Source: Bacteroidales bacterium
GTDB lineage: Bacteria > Bacteroidota > Bacteroidia > Bacteroidales > Lentimicrobiaceae
Direction of reading: 5' to 3'
DNA length: 64,000 bases
NCBI GenBank assembly: GCA_016705005.1
Contig: JADIZB010000001.1
Coordinates: forward strand, 156,778 to 220,777
Under the pieces are notes generated by a model. The model worked only from the letters and a program-made list of their open reading frames with translations, was not told the DNA's origin and made no database searches. Positions 30,380 to 40,073 of the stretch are shown piece after piece. The position numbers were made by a program, and so were the translations under genes. The stretch's first letter is position 1. Each line of letters begins with the position of its first letter.

Positions 30380-31255
30380 ATGAAAGCATATGTATTCCCT
30401 GGACAGGGTGCCCAGTTTGTAGGTATGGGCAAAGACCTTTATGATGGCAACCCCATGGCAAAGGAAATGTTCGAAAAAGCCAATGAAATCCTTGGCTTCC
30501 GCATCACTGACCTCATGTTTGCCGGTACTGACGAGGACTTACGTCAGACCAGGGTAACTCAGCCAGCTATATTTCTACATTCCGTGATACTGGCCAAAAC
30601 CCTTGGCACTGATTTTAAACCCGAAATGACTGCAGGGCATTCTCTCGGCGAATTTTCAGCTTTGGTGGCTGCGGGGGCACTTTCTTTTGAGGACGGCCTT
30701 AAGCTGGTATATGCCCGTGCCATGGCCATGCAGAAAGCTTGTGAAGCCGAACCATCAACCATGGCTGCCATACTTGGCCTTGAAGATTCAAGGGTTGAAG
30801 AAGTCCTGGCGGGGATTGATGAAGTCGTGGTAGCTGCCAATTACAACAGTCCGGGTCAGCTTGTCATCAGCGGCTCAATGAAAGGAATTGAAGTTGCCTG
30901 TGAACAGCTGAAAGCAGCCGGGGCCAAACGAGCTCTTCCACTGAAAGTTGGCGGTGCTTTTCATTCTCCGTTGATGGAGCCTGCACGGGTTGAACTTGCA
31001 GCTGCCATCAATGCTACTACCTTCAGCAAGCCGGTATGTCCAGTTTATCAGAATGTTTCAGGAAAACCGGTAACCGAACCAGCTCAGATCCGTGAAAATC
31101 TTGTAGCGCAGCTAACTGCTCCTGTCCGCTGGACTCAAAGCGTTCAGAATATGGTTGCAGATGGTGGGAAAATGTTTATCGAAGTAGGTCCCGGCACTGT
31201 TTTGCAGGGGCTGGTAAAAAAGATTGCACCGGAAGTCGAAGCAGCAAGCGCTTAA
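30380..31255 (+). CDS. fabD: Malonyl-CoA:ACP transacylase
   Basis: Start trimmed to ATG 30380; FPGQGAQ, TQPAI, AGHSLGEFSAL, ANYNSPGQLVISG, GAFHSPLM. Confidence 0.97.
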   Translation: MKAYVFPGQGAQFVGMGKDLYDGNPMAKEMFEKANEILGFRITDLMFAGTDEDLRQTRVTQPAIFLHSVILAKTLGTDFKPEMTAGHSLGEFSALVAAGALSFEDGLKLVYARAMAMQKACEAEPSTMAAILGLEDSRVEEVLAGIDEVVVAANYNSPGQLVISGSMKGIEVACEQLKAAGAKRALPLKVGGAFHSPLMEPARVELAAAINATTFSKPVCPVYQNVSGKPVTEPAQIRENLVAQLTAPVRWTQSVQNMVADGGKMFIEVGPGTVLQGLVKKIAPEVEAASA

Positions 31256-31273
31256 CAACCAAAAAACTTCAAT

Positions 31274-31301
31274 AAAAAAGCCGGCTCTCCGGCTTTTTTT
31301 T
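31274..31301. terminator. Bidirectional intrinsic terminator between fabD and mop
   Basis: aaaaaagccgg-ctct-ccggctttttttt between convergent genes. Confidence 0.85.
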
Positions 31302-31509
31302 ATTCCTTTCCTATCATAACCTCGGTCGACTTGATAATTGCAACCACTTCATCGCCGGGCTTCAGATTGAGTTCTTCCACACTGTCCATTGTAATAACCG
31401 AACTCAGGCGGTTACCTCCTCCGATATCAATGATCACTTTTGCTGTTACCACTCCTGGCTTTACTTCAATAATACTGCCTTTAATCTGATTGCGCGCGCT
31501 TATTTTCAT
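31300..31509 (-). CDS. TOBE domain molybdate-binding protein (Mop/molbindin)
   Basis: MKISARNQIKG...SVITMDSVEELNLKPGDEVVAIIKSTEVMI. Confidence 0.93.
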   Translation of the reverse strand: MKISARNQIKGSIIEVKPGVVTAKVIIDIGGGNRLSSVITMDSVEELNLKPGDEVVAIIKSTEVMIGKE

Positions 31510-31841
31510 AATTCCTGTTTATAAAGAGAGTTAACAATCAACAGGATGTTGTTGTTGCAATATATCGTATTAAAATTTGCCGGTACATATCAATAGGCAA
31601 CGATGGGCAACGGATGAAACTTATCATCAAATCAGGACCCTGAGAAAAGCCTGACACATCAATAGCTCAGGTTAACACTGGTTCCGGAATCCTGAAACGG
31701 GAATTGTCTGTCAATTTTGTCACTGCCCACTGTTTTGAGCAAGGTTCTCAAAATAATGAAACTTCAGGCCTTCCCTTTTCATTTCAATTTCGTAGATTTG
31801 TTACAACTCGGTCAAATCTTTTACCAAATAATCCCTTTGCG

Positions 31842-33407
31842 GTGAGCAATCTGGAAATATACGATTATATCATTATCGGCTCGGGATTTGGCGGTAGTGT
31901 TGCTGCGCTCCGCCTTGCCGGGAAGGGATACAGGGTTGCCGTTATTGAGCAGGGAAAAAGATTTTCACCCGGGGACTTTCCGAAATCAGACTGGAATCTG
32001 AAAAAATTCCTATGGCTCCCTGCTTTAGGATGGCATGGAATTCTGAGATGCCACTTTTTTAAAGAGGTATTTGTACTCACCGGAACCGGAGTCGGGGGTG
32101 GCAGTCTTGTATATGCAAATACACTGATGAAGCCCGGCGATGAATTCTTTGATAATCCGGCCTGGCTAAGTGGCATCGACTGGAAGGAACAACTGGCCGG
32201 CCATTTTGAAACCGCCGGAAATATGTTGGGTGCAACCCGCTTCCCATTTTCAGACAATGCCGAAGACCGGATATTAAAAGAAATTGCTGTTGAAATGGGA
32301 AGGGAGAATTCATTCAGTCTTGTTGATACTGCAGTGTATTATGGCGATCGGGAGAAAGAAACTGATCCCTATTTTGATGGTGCCGGACCTCTCAGAAAGG
32401 GCTGTACAGGATGTGCCGGTTGCATGACCGGTTGCCGTGAAAATGCCAAGAACACCCTGGATAAAAATTACCTTTGGTTCGCTGAAAAGCTTGGTACAAT
32501 GATATTTCCTGAAACCAAGGCATATAAAATTGAAAACACTGAAGGAATATACAGGGTTCATACAAAGAAAACCGGCCGCAATGGGGTTACCGGCCTCTTT
32601 GAAGCCCGTGGTCTCATCGTCAGTGCCGGTACAACCGGAACACTGGATTTGCTTCTTAGACAGAAATTCTATTACAAAACCCTGACAAATCTACCCGACC
32701 CTATTGGAACCAATGTACGCACCAATTCTCAAAGCATCAGCGGGTTGGTTGAAGCCGACCGGAAGCTGAACAACGGGGTAGCCATCACTTCAATTTTTAG
32801 TCCTGAGCCAGGCTCGCACATTGAAATGGTAAAATTCAATGACCTGAGCGGAGCCATCACCCACATTGGTGGTTTCAGTGCCAACCACCCCAATCCTAAG
32901 AAGAGGGCTGGTTATGTAATTGCCGGATCTTTGCGCCATCCGTTCAGGATGCTTAAACTACTTTTTTCATTCAGATGGGGCAAACGTAGTATTGTCATGC
33001 TTATGATGCAGACACACGACAGCGCGATGAAGATGGAGCTGAAAAGAGGATTGTTCGGCACCCGACTCCGGTTTGACAGGAACAGCGGCAAGGTACCTGC
33101 ATTCATTCCGGTTGGGCAGAAGGTGTTGCATCAATATGCTGAAAAGGTAAATGGAACCCCACTCAACAGCCTTACTGAATCCTTATTCAACATGTCAACC
33201 ACAGCTCATATCATTGGTGGTTGCCCCATGGGCAAAACAGGCTCAGAAGGTGCTGTAGACGGCAATTTCAGGGTACATGGGTATGATAATATGTATGTTT
33301 TGGATAGTTCAGTCATCCCCTGTAACCCGGGGGTGAATCCGAGTCTGACAATTCTGGCACTGAGTGAGTATGCTTTAAGTAAGATTCCTCAAAAGACAGC
33401 GTTATAA
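31842..33407 (+). CDS. GMC oxidoreductase, cholesterol oxidase (ChoD)-like
   Basis: Start trimmed to GTG 31842; IIGSGFGGSV, GTGVGGGSLVYANT, CTGCAGCMTGC..NAKNTLDKNYL, TTAHIIGGC, GVNPSLTI. Confidence 0.88.
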   Translation: MSNLEIYDYIIIGSGFGGSVAALRLAGKGYRVAVIEQGKRFSPGDFPKSDWNLKKFLWLPALGWHGILRCHFFKEVFVLTGTGVGGGSLVYANTLMKPGDEFFDNPAWLSGIDWKEQLAGHFETAGNMLGATRFPFSDNAEDRILKEIAVEMGRENSFSLVDTAVYYGDREKETDPYFDGAGPLRKGCTGCAGCMTGCRENAKNTLDKNYLWFAEKLGTMIFPETKAYKIENTEGIYRVHTKKTGRNGVTGLFEARGLIVSAGTTGTLDLLLRQKFYYKTLTNLPDPIGTNVRTNSQSISGLVEADRKLNNGVAITSIFSPEPGSHIEMVKFNDLSGAITHIGGFSANHPNPKKRAGYVIAGSLRHPFRMLKLLFSFRWGKRSIVMLMMQTHDSAMKMELKRGLFGTRLRFDRNSGKVPAFIPVGQKVLHQYAEKVNGTPLNSLTESLFNMSTTAHIIGGCPMGKTGSEGAVDGNFRVHGYDNMYVLDSSVIPCNPGVNPSLTILALSEYALSKIPQKTAL

Positions 33408-33578
33408 GCGACTTAAACATCTGTTTTTATCCTGAAGGGCTGATTTTTTAAACGGAATCTGACTGAACAGAAAACAAAATAGAATTGTTCCTTAATACTG
33501 GAAAAATCAGCGTTTAACGTGGCGTTTAAGAAATCAGGAAATCATTTGAATAATATCCGTTAAAATCAATATCAGACT

Positions 33579-35552
33579 TTACCCGATTTTCCTGATAACT
33601 ATTTTATCATTCAGCTTCTTGATGATCTCTTCATAGTTTGATTGAATGGATTTGTATTCAGAAGCAGGGTAAACGCCTTTAATAAAAGTATAGGAGGCCT
33701 TTATTGTTAAAACACTGTCTTCGATCTCAGAATTGTATGAAAATCTGAAATTTTCGTTTTCTGTAGACAATTTCTCAGGTATATAAGTTACAGTGTATCC
33801 TAACGGTATTTCAATCCTGCTTTCAAATTTTTGGGTCAGGGGATAAACGAAGTCTATGTCAATTTTCCTCTCTTCCTCTTTCAGTGGATTTTCTTTGATG
33901 GGTTGATTTAAAAACGGAGACACAAAAAACTGATTTCCTGAGCTGATATTTTCAAGTGAAGCAATGAAACTAATGGAATAAGGCGATGAATGGCTTTTAT
34001 AATTCACACACCTTAAATCTGCCTCGTTTACCAGATAGTCCTTCTGTCGCAGATACGTCAGGATTTTATTCTTATCATCGCCAAATTCCTTCTTGATTTT
34101 CAATGCCTCATAACTTATCGAAGTGATCAATACCGTTGAATTTGACAACATCCCATCATCCGAAAGTTTTGTTTCAAAAGTGGTAAGTACCATTGAAACA
34201 TCCTTTTGAGATAAATCAAGCCATGTTACTTCATCTTCGCGCACGACGAGTCCCTTATCATTGATACACCTTGGAGGCAGTTTGTAGGAACTCAGCAATG
34301 GCTCCGTTCCATCTGCAAGAAATGTTTTATCATTAATTCTGACTCCAATAACTACATAATTGAAGAACTGACTGTAAGGGTAATCGTACCTGATACGGCC
34401 ATGATCCCTTGTGCTCATAATTACGGGAAATGCATCCACCCCAACTGCCTGCAGTAAACCGATGCCCAGAAGATTAATATCACCGCTGTTTCCACTTTTT
34501 TTCTTCAGTAAATCCTGCACCGTCCCTGATGCATAGCGGCTTTTGACTCCATTATAATTAAATCTGTCTTTAAGGGTATTTATTACTGCATTCAACCTGG
34601 CAGTTTCATCCAGTGATGAGATAGAGTCAGTATTGATTATCTTTTCTGCCTGTGCTACCGTTCTCTTGATGTAACGGCCAAATGACTCATATCCCAGAAG
34701 ATCCTTAATCATTCTGGGCCAGGTTGTGAGTACATCAACTGAAGACCCGTCAATCATCGTATATTTTGAGAGTTGAAAATTTACTTTTGTAATGTAATCC
34801 TCTTTCGAAGTGATAAACTCAGTCTCCCTGAACGCGGGAATATTTCTCAGGGTAAACTGATAGACTTTATCCCTGAATTTTACATCCTGAATTGCCCTTT
34901 CGCTTCCGGGCGCAATGAATTCATTTTTTTCAATATTCTTGTAGTTCCCCTGTAACAGAAACATATATTCATAAAAAGGTATCATGCTGGCTTCAAAGCG
35001 ACTGTAGTTCACAGGAATATCGGACTGAAAATCCCAATCCCTCAGGTGCATCAGATAATTGGACCGGATTATAAAATGGAACTCAAATATCGTTCCTTCA
35101 CTAACTTCCGGCATAGCAAATCTCATGCTGGTCCATTTCTCGTTTTCACGGGATGTATAAATACTTGCTTCCGACAGGGCAGATGCAACCAGCTTACCAT
35201 CGATCATATTCCAGGAATTCCCTTCGATTTTCTGGATTTTCTCATAAATTTTATCATGATTGTAAAGTGGAATTATTTTATTCGCATAATTCACACCAGA
35301 TTCCTTAAGAATTTTTATTCTGCAGGTTCGTTCATACATCAGCTCAAAACCGGTGCCCAGGGGGACAAACCAGGTCTTTCCTATATCAAACAAGACAACA
35401 GCATCTGCATTTTTGTCATAATCACAGATTTTCAGATCGATTTCCTCGTCCGACAATGACCCATAGAGATAATTATTCACCTGCCCAATGGAATCAGATA
35501 TCCACAAAGCCATAAACAAAACAGCACTCAAATACTTTAACCCTGATTTCAT
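33579..35552 (-). CDS. DUF3857/transglutaminase-like domain protein, lacking the catalytic Cys
   Basis: 657 aa, signal peptide; DKNADAVVLFDIG, RIKILKESG, W.FQSDIPV; GNSGDINL and FNYV where the paralog has GDCK and FNH. Confidence 0.85.
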   Translation of the reverse strand: MKSGLKYLSAVLFMALWISDSIGQVNNYLYGSLSDEEIDLKICDYDKNADAVVLFDIGKTWFVPLGTGFELMYERTCRIKILKESGVNYANKIIPLYNHDKIYEKIQKIEGNSWNMIDGKLVASALSEASIYTSRENEKWTSMRFAMPEVSEGTIFEFHFIIRSNYLMHLRDWDFQSDIPVNYSRFEASMIPFYEYMFLLQGNYKNIEKNEFIAPGSERAIQDVKFRDKVYQFTLRNIPAFRETEFITSKEDYITKVNFQLSKYTMIDGSSVDVLTTWPRMIKDLLGYESFGRYIKRTVAQAEKIINTDSISSLDETARLNAVINTLKDRFNYNGVKSRYASGTVQDLLKKKSGNSGDINLLGIGLLQAVGVDAFPVIMSTRDHGRIRYDYPYSQFFNYVVIGVRINDKTFLADGTEPLLSSYKLPPRCINDKGLVVREDEVTWLDLSQKDVSMVLTTFETKLSDDGMLSNSTVLITSISYEALKIKKEFGDDKNKILTYLRQKDYLVNEADLRCVNYKSHSSPYSISFIASLENISSGNQFFVSPFLNQPIKENPLKEEERKIDIDFVYPLTQKFESRIEIPLGYTVTYIPEKLSTENENFRFSYNSEIEDSVLTIKASYTFIKGVYPASEYKSIQSNYEEIIKKLNDKIVIRKIG

Positions 35553-35556
35553 GTTT

Positions 35557-37434
35557 TTATAGTTTACTGAAAGTTATTGTGCTTGCTGATTCAATTCTGC
35601 GGACAAGCATTATAAAGGAGTACAAATTCTCATAGTCATCGTGAGAATAAACTCCGGCTTTTACCTCAAAATGCCTCGCCAGTAATATTTCATCCCCTTT
35701 AGATGTGAAGGATATTTCATATATACCTGATTCTGACTTTTCACTTCTTGGCCCGGGCAAACCGGCAGCCTGATAACCTTCCGGAATTATAAAGCTTATA
35801 GTGTCTGTCAGACAAACAGGAAAAGGTAATTTCATTCTGGTGGTTCGTTCAGTAGGAGCAGCAAAAAATCCAGGCTCCAGCGGAATGAGCGGTAAAACCA
35901 GTTCACTTCCATAAAATTGTACCAGCGTGTTCGACTTACCAAAAAAAACGATCTCGTTCCTTTCACTATCCCGGTTAAATTCAACAATTTGCAAGCTGTC
36001 GTTAACAAATGATGGAATATTAACAAAATCAGTCAGAGCCTTAATTTTACCATTGTAGCCGGGCTTTTTACATATGTAGCGAATGCGTTCAGCCTCTTCA
36101 CCTCCTGTTGATATCTGCAATTTTATTTCTGCAGGTCCGGATGCAGATAATTCTATGGTTCCTTTCCGGTACTTCCAAACCTGTTGTTTCGACAAGGCCG
36201 GTATTCTGGCTATTGAACCACCTGAATCCCCCACAACAAGGGCATACCTGTTCTGAATAAAACTACCGGTATAGGAGAGCGGGTAATTTGAAGTGCAGTC
36301 AAGCCACAGAGAATCACTTTCCAGGGGAACCATCAGTATTGCATGATTAAACTGGTTGGCAACAAACAGGTCATCAATATCCTTATTCACTATTCCGGCC
36401 TTCAAAAGTGTATAATAGCCGGGTATACCTGCCTCCTGAAGTAAAGCTTTCAGATATATGGTAAGTGCCTTGCAGTCTCCGTAACCTTTTTCAGCCACAT
36501 AATTAGCCGGAAGTGGTTTCTTGCCACCGGTTTCAATTGTTAGGTTAACATAACGGGTTTTATCCTGAACGTAATAAAACAATTTCCTGATCTGTTCCTT
36601 TCTTGAACTATTATTTTCAATTACCGAGGCAACATATAATTTCTCCGTTTCAGGAAGCCAGTGTAACTGGTAATTAAGTTCATTTACCCAACCACCAAAC
36701 TCTTTCCATCCATCAGCCCGACCATCCCGGTCATAATGAAATTTAAGCGGAACGGCCCACACACGGGGCATGTTCTCAACATTATCCTCCTGGAAAGATT
36801 CTTCAGCATAGACATTATGAAATGAACATTCCCATTCCTGAACCGTGCAATGATCAATACAAACAATACTCGAATCGGATATTCCACTTGATTTAATCCG
36901 CAACTTATAATCATCGGGTGTAATAATCCTGAGTTTTGCCTTTTGAGTCGGGATTTCGCTGTTTATAACCGGAATCCAATTACAGATAGTCACAAATTCA
37001 GATGTTTCAGTAATATATGACCACTTAACCCTGTATGGAAATGTTGAGTTACGTAAGGTAAATACTTTGCAAAACTGATCTTCGTAAAGTGAAGAATTGC
37101 TGATATCGTTTTTGTCAACAATTTCCTTACGCGTAAGTTTCCGGATCAGGCTTCCATCCGAACGATGCAGGGAGGCCTCTAAAGAATTCAGTTTTTCTAA
37201 TTTTGAATAGGGAACAACAACTTTACTGAGATAATCGGCCGAACGGTCATTTATCAGTAAATCAAAACTATAACTGGAAATCATTTTACCATCTCTGATT
37301 TCAATCTCAGTTGAGGTATAGAGCAGCACAGCCTTTTCATCCTGTGCAATCGTAATTTTCTGAAAACTAATAATTGACAAAACATGAAGCACGACAAATA
37401 CTCTGAAACCCGGGAACCATTTGAAATCCACCAT
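35557..37434 (-). CDS. DUF3857/transglutaminase-like domain protein with an intact Cys-His-Asp triad
   Basis: 625 aa; YYVQDKTRYV, KGYGDCKAL, FNHAIL, WLDCT. Confidence 0.87.
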   Translation of the reverse strand: MVDFKWFPGFRVFVVLHVLSIISFQKITIAQDEKAVLLYTSTEIEIRDGKMISSYSFDLLINDRSADYLSKVVVPYSKLEKLNSLEASLHRSDGSLIRKLTRKEIVDKNDISNSSLYEDQFCKVFTLRNSTFPYRVKWSYITETSEFVTICNWIPVINSEIPTQKAKLRIITPDDYKLRIKSSGISDSSIVCIDHCTVQEWECSFHNVYAEESFQEDNVENMPRVWAVPLKFHYDRDGRADGWKEFGGWVNELNYQLHWLPETEKLYVASVIENNSSRKEQIRKLFYYVQDKTRYVNLTIETGGKKPLPANYVAEKGYGDCKALTIYLKALLQEAGIPGYYTLLKAGIVNKDIDDLFVANQFNHAILMVPLESDSLWLDCTSNYPLSYTGSFIQNRYALVVGDSGGSIARIPALSKQQVWKYRKGTIELSASGPAEIKLQISTGGEEAERIRYICKKPGYNGKIKALTDFVNIPSFVNDSLQIVEFNRDSERNEIVFFGKSNTLVQFYGSELVLPLIPLEPGFFAAPTERTTRMKLPFPVCLTDTISFIIPEGYQAAGLPGPRSEKSESGIYEISFTSKGDEILLARHFEVKAGVYSHDDYENLYSFIMLVRRIESASTITFSKL

Positions 37435-37755
37435 AGATACCTGATTATAATACAGCTTTAAAATTATTCGTAAAATTTTAAATCATTAACCGGTAAGAGA
37501 ATCTATGAAAAATCCTATTGCTTACAAAATTCAGATCAGATCCAAACAGTATCTCTTAAATAATAATACCGATAAAACTACAAACAATAACAGACAATTA
37601 CAATAGAATAAAAATCAGACATCGGTTACAATCCTGTAATTCCCGATCAATACGATTATTGCCTGAAAATGAAGTATATTATGCTTGCAATAATCCTTCG
37701 GGCGCCTGAGAGCCACATACTAATGTGCAAGAATGAAAATTACAGAAAAGGCTGA

Positions 37756-37763
37756 CAAAGGTA
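37756..37763 (-). promoter_or_regulatory. -7 promoter box about 320 bp above the DUF3857 pair
   Basis: tacctttg on the minus strand. Confidence 0.4.
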
Positions 37764-37955
37764 TCGGTTATGGTGGCTTCGATACGTTATGCTGCCGGGC
37801 ATTGATAGCATTTTCATTGAAACCAGGACCTAGACACTCAGCTGGCTGTATCCATACTGCTGAGTACAATCCTCAAATCCGGATCTGCCAAATGAGTATT
37901 TCTATTCCTGCACAAGTGGCATTGATTCAGAATGGCCGGGATAGAACGCAGAACT

Positions 37956-39008
37956 TTACCTTTTTTCGTATTGCTTTTCGTAGTACCTCTGATAATCTCC
38001 TGAGGTTACATTATTCAGCCATTCTTCGTTGCTCAGATACCATTCAACAGTAGATTCAAAGCCTTCGGTAAACCGGATGGTTGGTTCCCATCCAAGTTCA
38101 TTCTTGATTTTTGAGGCATCGATGGCATAACGAAGATCGTGGCCTGCCCTGTCCTTCACATAGCTGATCAGTTTTTCCGATTCGCCCTGCTGACGATCAA
38201 GTTTATGGTCCATGATTTCACAGAGCTTCTTTATGAGCTGAATATTCTGCCATTCATTGTTTCCACCGATGTTATAAGTTTCGCCCTCTTTCCCTTTATG
38301 AAAAATCAGGTCAATGGCTTTTGCATGGTCTTCGACATACAGCCAGTCACGGACATTTTCACCCTTGCCATAAACAGGCAATGGCTTGTTGTTGCGTATG
38401 TTGTGAATAAAAAGGGGAATCAGCTTTTCAGGAAACTGGAACGGCCCATAATTATTTGAGCAGTTCGACAATACAACCGGCAGGTGATAGGTATGAAAAT
38501 AGGCTCTGACCAGATGATCGCTGCTGGCTTTACTTGCCGAGTAAGGACTTCGGGGATCGTAGGGGGTTGTTTCAAGGAATTTCCCTTCATCCCCGAGTGA
38601 GCCATAAACTTCATCTGTAGAAATATGATAAAACCGTTTGCCATCATGCCCATCTTTCCAGATTGTTCTTGCCGCGTTTAAAAGATTGACAGTTCCAACG
38701 ATATTGGTCATGATAAACTCCATTGGATTGGCGATGGAACGGTCAACGTGCGATTCGGCAGCAAGGTGGACAACACCGTCGAATTGATATTTATCAAACA
38801 GGCCTTGAATCCATGGGCCATTTGTAATGTCGCCCTTCTCGAAAATATAGTTGGGCATATTTTCAATATCAGTCAGATTTGCCAGGTTTCCGGCATAAGT
38901 AAGTGCATCAAGATTGACAATCCTGTAATCAGGATACTTGTTAACAAACAGCCGTACAACATGCGAGCCGATAAAACCGGCGCCTCCGGTAATCAGAATG
39001 GTTTTCAT
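37956..39008 (-). CDS. rfbB: dTDP-glucose 4,6-dehydratase
   Basis: TGGAGFIGS, LDALTYAGN, HLAAESHVDRSI, ISTDEVYG, PYSASKA, NNYGP, DRAGHDLRY. Confidence 0.97.
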   Translation of the reverse strand: MKTILITGGAGFIGSHVVRLFVNKYPDYRIVNLDALTYAGNLANLTDIENMPNYIFEKGDITNGPWIQGLFDKYQFDGVVHLAAESHVDRSIANPMEFIMTNIVGTVNLLNAARTIWKDGHDGKRFYHISTDEVYGSLGDEGKFLETTPYDPRSPYSASKASSDHLVRAYFHTYHLPVVLSNCSNNYGPFQFPEKLIPLFIHNIRNNKPLPVYGKGENVRDWLYVEDHAKAIDLIFHKGKEGETYNIGGNNEWQNIQLIKKLCEIMDHKLDRQQGESEKLISYVKDRAGHDLRYAIDASKIKNELGWEPTIRFTEGFESTVEWYLSNEEWLNNVTSGDYQRYYEKQYEKR

Positions 39009-39036
39009 AGGATTGATTTATCGTTTTTATCTGTCG

Positions 39037-40056
39037 TTATTTTTTCTTAGCAAGAACCTGTTCCCATTTCCAGGCAGAACCCATCATCTCATCCAGGCTT
39101 TTTACGGCTTTCCATCCAAGTTCTGTATTGGCATATGCAGTATCAGCCCAAACTTTCTCCACATCACCCGGGCGGCGACCGACAATCTTATAGTTCAGTT
39201 TCTGACCTGTCACTTTTTCGAAAGACTGAATGACTTCAAGCACACTGAAACCATTGCCTGTTCCGAGGTTGAAAATCTCAAAATCAGATTTTCCCTTATC
39301 TCCGATCATCCTGTTTACGGCCACTACATGTGCCTGAGCCAGATCAACCACATGAATATAATCGCGCACTGCAGTGCCATCGGGGGTATCATAGTCTGAA
39401 CCGAACACACTCAACGAGGGTCTCAGCCCGATAGCAGTCTGGGTAATAAATGGAACCAGGTTATTCGGAACTCCAAGTGGAAGCTCACCGATCAGGGCGG
39501 AATCATGTGCTCCAATCGGATTAAAGTATCTTAAGGCAATTGTTTTCAACCCATAGGCCTCTACAGCAAAACGAATGATCTGTTCCGACATCTGCTTTGT
39601 GTTACCATAGGGAGACCAGGCTTCCTTAACCGGGGAAGTTTCCTTGACCGGAAGTTCGTCGGGCTGACCATAAACAGTACACGAAGATGAAAACACCAGG
39701 TTTTTGATACCATTGTCCTTCATCCCCTGAAGGATATTGATCAGCGATTCAAGGTTATTGCGATAGTACATCAGGGGGTCAGCCATTGATTCACCAACAG
39801 CTTTAAAGGCAGCAAAATGAATGATTCCGTCGATATCCCTGTGATTGCAGAAGAATTCGCTGGTCTTTTCACGGTCTATCAGATCGAACAGGTGAAACTC
39901 AGGCCGGATTCCGGTTATTTCAGTAATCCTGTCAACCACATCAATGTGTGAATTTGACAGGTTGTCAATAATAACAACCTCTACCCCCTGCAATTGCAGT
40001 TCAACAGCAGTATGTGATCCGATATAACCGGTTCCTCCGGTAACAAGTATTTTCAT
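39037..40056 (-). CDS. galE: UDP-glucose 4-epimerase
   Basis: TGGTGYIGSHT, HFAAFKAVGES, FSSSCTVYG, PYGNTK, LRYFNPIGAH, DGTAVRDYIHV. Confidence 0.96.
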   Translation of the reverse strand: MKILVTGGTGYIGSHTAVELQLQGVEVVIIDNLSNSHIDVVDRITEITGIRPEFHLFDLIDREKTSEFFCNHRDIDGIIHFAAFKAVGESMADPLMYYRNNLESLINILQGMKDNGIKNLVFSSSCTVYGQPDELPVKETSPVKEAWSPYGNTKQMSEQIIRFAVEAYGLKTIALRYFNPIGAHDSALIGELPLGVPNNLVPFITQTAIGLRPSLSVFGSDYDTPDGTAVRDYIHVVDLAQAHVVAVNRMIGDKGKSDFEIFNLGTGNGFSVLEVIQSFEKVTGQKLNYKIVGRRPGDVEKVWADTAYANTELGWKAVKSLDEMMGSAWKWEQVLAKKK

Positions 40057-40073
40057 AGTTCAGGTTTAAATAT

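Noticed and set aside
31555-31575. ModE operator upstream of mop
   Set aside because: Only one half-site matches
37733-38053. 106-aa plus-strand ORF overlapping the rfbB 3' end
   Set aside because: No motifs, antisense overlap, and no TAnnTTTG support seen
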